Positions 8,607 to 12,593 of a stretch of DNA of 12,593 nt are shown in pieces. Origin of the DNA: Octopus sinensis (taxonomy: Eukaryota). A program made the position numbers and the translations under genes. The notes beneath the pieces were generated by a model. The model had not been told where the DNA came from, did not search any database, and saw nothing but the letters and a program-made list of their open reading frames with translations. The DNA is taken from assembly GCF_006345805.1 (NCBI RefSeq), contig NW_021826635.1, forward strand, positions 1 to 12,593, in the 5' to 3' direction. How positions within the stretch are numbered: the first letter of the stretch is position 1; every line of letters begins with the position of its first letter.

Positions 8607-9175
8607 GCGTATGTATGTATGCATGGATGTATATATGTGTATATGTATATATGCATATATGTATGCATGTATTCATGTATGTATTTAATAATTATGTCTG
8701 CACATATGTATGCATGTATGTACTTATGTATGTATATATGTATGCATGTATATTTGTATGCATGTATACATGTATGTATGTATGTATGTATGTATGTATG
8801 TATGTATTATGTATGTATGTAGGTATGTACTTAAGTATGTATACATGTGTATATGTATGCATGTATGTATGTACGAATGAATGTATACTTGTATATATGT
8901 ATGCATGTTTGGATTCATGTATGTATGTATGTATCCTTGTATATATTATGTATGCATATATATATATATATATGTGTGTGTGTGTATGTGTGTGTGTATT
9001 ATGTATGTGTTCTGTACTTACGTTTGTATGTATATGTATTATGTACGTATATTTGTATGTATGTATATATATGTATTTATGTATGTATGTATGGATGGAT
9101 GGTATTATGTATATATGTGTGTATGTGAGTATGTCTGAATGTATGTTCGTATGTTGTTTTGTATGTAAGTATGTA
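8607..9175. repeat. About 570-bp degenerate (TATG)n/(TA)n/(TG)n microsatellite
   Basis: Read directly. It explains the 245-aa and 196-aa YVCM/IHTY ORFs. Confidence 0.95.
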
Positions 9176-9400
9176 CGTGCGGCAGTATCAAAGAGCAACC
9201 CTGACGTAATCCATCGGATATCAAACGACGTGTCTTTGTTAATGTATCGCCGTCGGAAACGAGGCTGCGACTGCTTTTGCAAATAAGGCAGTGTGGAGCA
9301 ACTGGTACGCTATTACATGTGTAAACAGATTAGCAGCCGTGTGAAAATGGGATTATCGACAGATTTATAGAAGTATTATTAACAGGGACGTGTATTCAGT

Positions 9401-9737
9401 TATTCTTTTATTCGTTTGCTTGCTTCAGTCATTTGACTGATGGCCACGCTGGAGCACTGCCTGAAAGAGTTTTAGCCAAACAAATCAACTCCAAGACTTA
9501 TTCTTTGTAAACCTAGTATACATCAAGATCGGTTATCAAGTGATGGTGGTGGTGGTGGTGGTGGTGGGGGCAACGCAGACATAAAGAGACACACACATAG
9601 ACTACACTCATACATACATATATACACACACATACATACATGTTACACATGCATACATATACGACGGGCTTCTTTCAGCTTCCGTCTACCAAATCTACAC
9701 GTTTCCCAAATCGGCAACGCTTCGGTCGGCCCGAGGC
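9401..9737 (-). mobile_element. CORE-like SINE, 5'-truncated, with an internal deletion and internal microsatellites
   Basis: Reverse-complement homology to 9790-10095 and same-strand homology to 11163-11490 (TTCAGTCATTTGACTG..GGAGCAC..GACTTATTCTTTGTAA..ACGACGGGCTTCTTTCAG..CCGTCTACCAAATC). About 65 bp are missing after CCTAGTA relative to the 11163 copy. Confidence 0.85.
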
Positions 9738-10100
9738 CACATGGTTCCGGGTTCAGTCCCACAGCGTGGCACCTTGGGCAAGTGTCTTCTACTATAACCT
9801 CGGCCGACCAAGGCCTTATGAGTGGATTTGCTAGACGGAAACTGAACAAAGTCCGTCGTATATATGTATGTATGTGTGTGTATATGTGTGTCTGTGTGTG
9901 TCCCCCACCAACATCACTTGACGGTATTGGTGTGTTTACATCCCCGTAACTTAGCGATTTGGCAAAACAGACCGTTAGAATAAATACTTGGCTTACAAAG
10001 AATAAGTCCTAGGATCAATTTATTCTACTAAAGGTGGTGCTCCATCATGGCCGTAGTGAAATGACTGAAACAAGTAAAAGAATAAAAGAATATAAGAATA
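9737..10100 (+). mobile_element. CORE-like SINE, 5'-truncated just before the B-box
   Basis: GGTTCAGTCCC is B-box-like and GGCACCTTGGGCAAGTGTCTT resembles a CORE domain. The 3' end is GGTGCTCCATCATGGCCGTAGTGAAATGACTGAAACAAGT followed by an (AAAAGAAT)n tail. Confidence 0.88.
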
Positions 10101-10221
10101 TATAAAAAAAAATATATATATATACACACACAGTTGAAATTTACAGAAAAACAACAGACGAAGACAAGTGTATAAACAACGAACAGGTGTATTAAATTGA
10201 CACTCGGGAACACGAAGAAGT

Positions 10222-10224
<3 letters not shown>

Positions 10225-10285
<61 letters not shown>

Positions 10286-10320
10286 GAGGGAGAGAATATA
10301 TATATATATATATATATATA
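10225..10320. repeat. (GA)n then (TA)n microsatellite
   Basis: Read directly from the sequence. Confidence 0.97.
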
Positions 10321-10384
10321 CAACAAAAATTAAATAAATCACGAAGACGAAGTAAAAATATAACTGATTGTAAATAAAAGGGAA

Positions 10385-11008
10385 AATGTTTTACACTTTT
10401 GAGCGTACGCTCTTCTTCGGAAAGCCTAGAATGGAGTGGGAAAGGAACCAATGTGTCTCCATTAGACTGTCACCACATACCTTAGTATATATATAAAAAA
10501 AAGAGCGAAAGAGAGACTGAAAGAGTAAGAGAGAAGAGAGAAAGAGAGTAAGAGAGAAGAGAGAAAGAGGGAAGAGAGAAAGAGAGTAAGAGAGAAGAGA
10601 GAAAGAGAGTAAGAGAGAAGAGGGAAAGAAAGTAAGGGTGAAGAGAAGTAGGAATCGGGGCAAGAGAGGAAAGTTGGGTGGGAGGAAGTAGAAGGGAGGG
10701 GGAGAGAGGCAAGGGGAGGAGGTTAGATGAAGAGGGGAGGAAAGTTGAGCCCAAATGGCGTAAAGGAGCAAAGAGAGATGACCAATCCCTGTTCACGGCC
10801 CAAAACGGGAGTCAGGATGGCCTATGTGTAAGGACAATCCGAACACGGACAGGTGTTGCAAAGAGTGACCGGTGGAGTGGAAATGGCGTGAAACCAGGGT
10901 GTCATTGCCGAGGCGGATGTCTCGGAGGTGTTCCGCGAACCGGTCAGCCAAGCGGCGTCCCGGTTCTCCGATGTACAGAGAATGGCAGAGAGAGCAGGAG
11001 ATGCAATA
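10385..11008 (-). mobile_element. Penelope-like element 3' portion: GIY-YIG endonuclease remnant, pyrimidine-rich 3' region and degenerate hammerhead
   Basis: Contains the endonuclease remnant described in the next feature. Downstream on the minus strand are a long pyrimidine tract with a 23-bp repeat (about 4 copies, 10523-10625) and CCGAAGA-A-GAGC-GTAC-GCTC-AAAA at 10420-10397. Confidence 0.8.
10723..11008 (-). pseudogene. Frameshifted GIY-YIG endonuclease domain of a Penelope-like retroelement
   Basis: Translates [69 protein letters not shown], then a 1-bp insertion near 10800, then REQGLVISLCSFTPFGLNFPPLFI-stop. It has CxxC before YIG, R..RF.EH, V..HF, a catalytic E and P.GLN, as in Penelope endonucleases. 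The N-terminus is replaced by microsatellite. Confidence 0.9.
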
Positions 11009-11110
11009 CATATATATACATATATGTATGTGTATGTATGTATGTATGTATGTATGTATGTATGTATGGATATATACATACATACACACACAATATATAC
11101 ATATATATAT

Positions 11111-11149
<39 letters not shown>

Positions 11150-11162
11150 CTATATATATATA
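11009..11162. repeat. (TA)n/(TATG)n microsatellite
   Basis: Read directly from the sequence. Confidence 0.95.
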
Positions 11163-11519
11163 TCTCTTTACTCTTTTACTCGTTTCAGTCACTTGACTGC
11201 GGCCATGCTGGAGCACCGCCTTTAGTCGAGAAAATCGACCCCGGGACTTATTCTTTGTAAGCCCAGTACTTATTCTATCAGATTATTTTGCCGAACCGCT
11301 AAATGACGGGGACGTAAACACACCAGCATCGGTTGTCAAGCAATGCTAGGGGGACAAACACAGACACACAAACACACACACATATACATATATACATATA
11401 TACATATATACGACAGGCTTCTTTCAGTTTCCGTCTACCAAATCCACTCACAAGGCATTGGTCGGTCCGGGGCTTTGGCAGAAGACACTTGCCCAAGATG
11501 CCACGCAGTGGGACTGAAA
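11163..11519 (-). mobile_element. CORE-like SINE, 5'-truncated at the B-box; third copy of the family
   Basis: Reverse complement is homologous to 9750-10095 over its length: TTCAGTCCCACTGCGTGGCATCTTGGGCAAGTGTCTT..GGCGGTGCTCCAGCATGGCCGCAGTCAAGTGACTGAAACGAGTAAAAGAGTAAAAGAG. Confidence 0.9.
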
Positions 11520-11844
11520 TATATATATATGAATATATATATATATACACACATGCATATGTATATATGATGTTAAGGGATATAACAATCGCTAAATCTC
11601 CCATCTGTTTTGTGTTTTTTTCACACTATCAGCAAAGTGGATGCAACATTTGCACCTCCAATAATAGAGAGCAGTCGCCATGTATTTTCCATACTTGCCA
11701 TACTTGAAGACCAAGTAGTGTTCGTTAACTGCGCAGTTATTTAATATGCGATTATCTAATCGCATATATTAACCAGTGCAAAACCGATTGGTTACTTTGC
11801 CTGATAGGGATCTTCATCAACATCAGACTTTTGATTTCTGTGTG

Positions 11845-11967
11845 TGTGCTTGTGTATATATATATCATATATATATATCAATATACATAATGTATAATGT
11901 ATGTATATATGTATAATAATTATAATAAGAATATATATCTATTATATATATATATATATAATATATC

Positions 11968-12030
<63 letters not shown>

Positions 12031-12206
12031 TATCTATAGATATAATATACATATATGTATATAAATATATATATAATATATATATATATACTATATTATA
12101 ATATATATACATGTATATGTATTATATTTATATGGTTGATTGCATGTATGTATGTATGTATTTATGGATGGATGGATGTATGAATGAGAGCATGGACGGA
12201 TGGATA

Positions 12207-12245
<39 letters not shown>

Positions 12246-12262
12246 TATATATATTATTATAT
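11845..12262. repeat. Long degenerate (TA)n tract with (TATG)n/(TGGA)n segments
   Basis: Read directly from the sequence. Confidence 0.95.
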
Positions 12263-12357
12263 ATGTTAATATACCACTTGTAGGATTGTAGGCTTGTAGT
12301 ATATGTACTGTAAATAAATATGCTCGTTTATGAGTGAGCAACGAATGCAATTTAGAT

Positions 12358-12500
12358 AAAATGGAGGGAGAATAAGAGAAGAGGAAAGTGAAAGAGTGAG
12401 AGAGAGAGAGAGAGAGATAGAAGGAAAGAAATTGAGTGAGATGGATGGAGAGAATGGGAGAGAGCGAGAGAGAGAGGCGGAGATGTGAGTAATAGAGGCA
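12358..12500. repeat. GA-rich purine tract with (GA)n
   Basis: Read directly. It explains the Leu/Ser-rich minus-strand ORFs. Confidence 0.85.
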
Positions 12501-12593
12501 GATGAGTAAAGAATGCTTTAATGTTACAAGCAGAGAAAGGCGTGAACAAGACAAACAATTACGTATACACACTCGTATTCTTCCCGCATTCAC

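Noticed and set aside
8549-9286. 245-aa and 196-aa ORFs
   Set aside because: These are mostly translations of the (TATG)n microsatellite.
10678-11196. 172-aa plus-strand ORF
   Set aside because: It is antisense to the GIY-YIG remnant and continues into microsatellite.

Overview
Eukaryotic, repeat-dense DNA that is probably intronic or intergenic. The SINE types and extreme microsatellite load suggest an octopus or other coleoid cephalopod (inference from pattern recognition, not a database match). No intact protein-coding gene, rRNA, tRNA gene or CRISPR array is supported, and almost all ORFs in the track are translated microsatellites. Three decayed autonomous retroelements are recognisable at the protein level: an RTE-clade LINE 3' end (5748-6223, minus), an R4/Dong-like element 3' end (6397-6645, plus) and a Penelope-like GIY-YIG endonuclease remnant (10723-11008, minus). 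There are about eight tRNA-derived SINE copies or fragments. The most unusual feature is a SINE whose tRNA-like Pol III promoter head is amplified into 7 tandem copies (112-bp period, 7341-8080). The copies alternate A/B sequence types, and the minus strand has no TTTT terminator for about 1.3 kb. Other items of note: a 197-bp inverted repeat whose two broken halves reconstruct a minimal hammerhead ribozyme, a head-to-head SINE pair forming a long hairpin (candidate ADAR substrate), a cryptic 28-bp minisatellite, a cluster of four adjacent palindromes, and a weak post hoc three-exon model on the minus strand.
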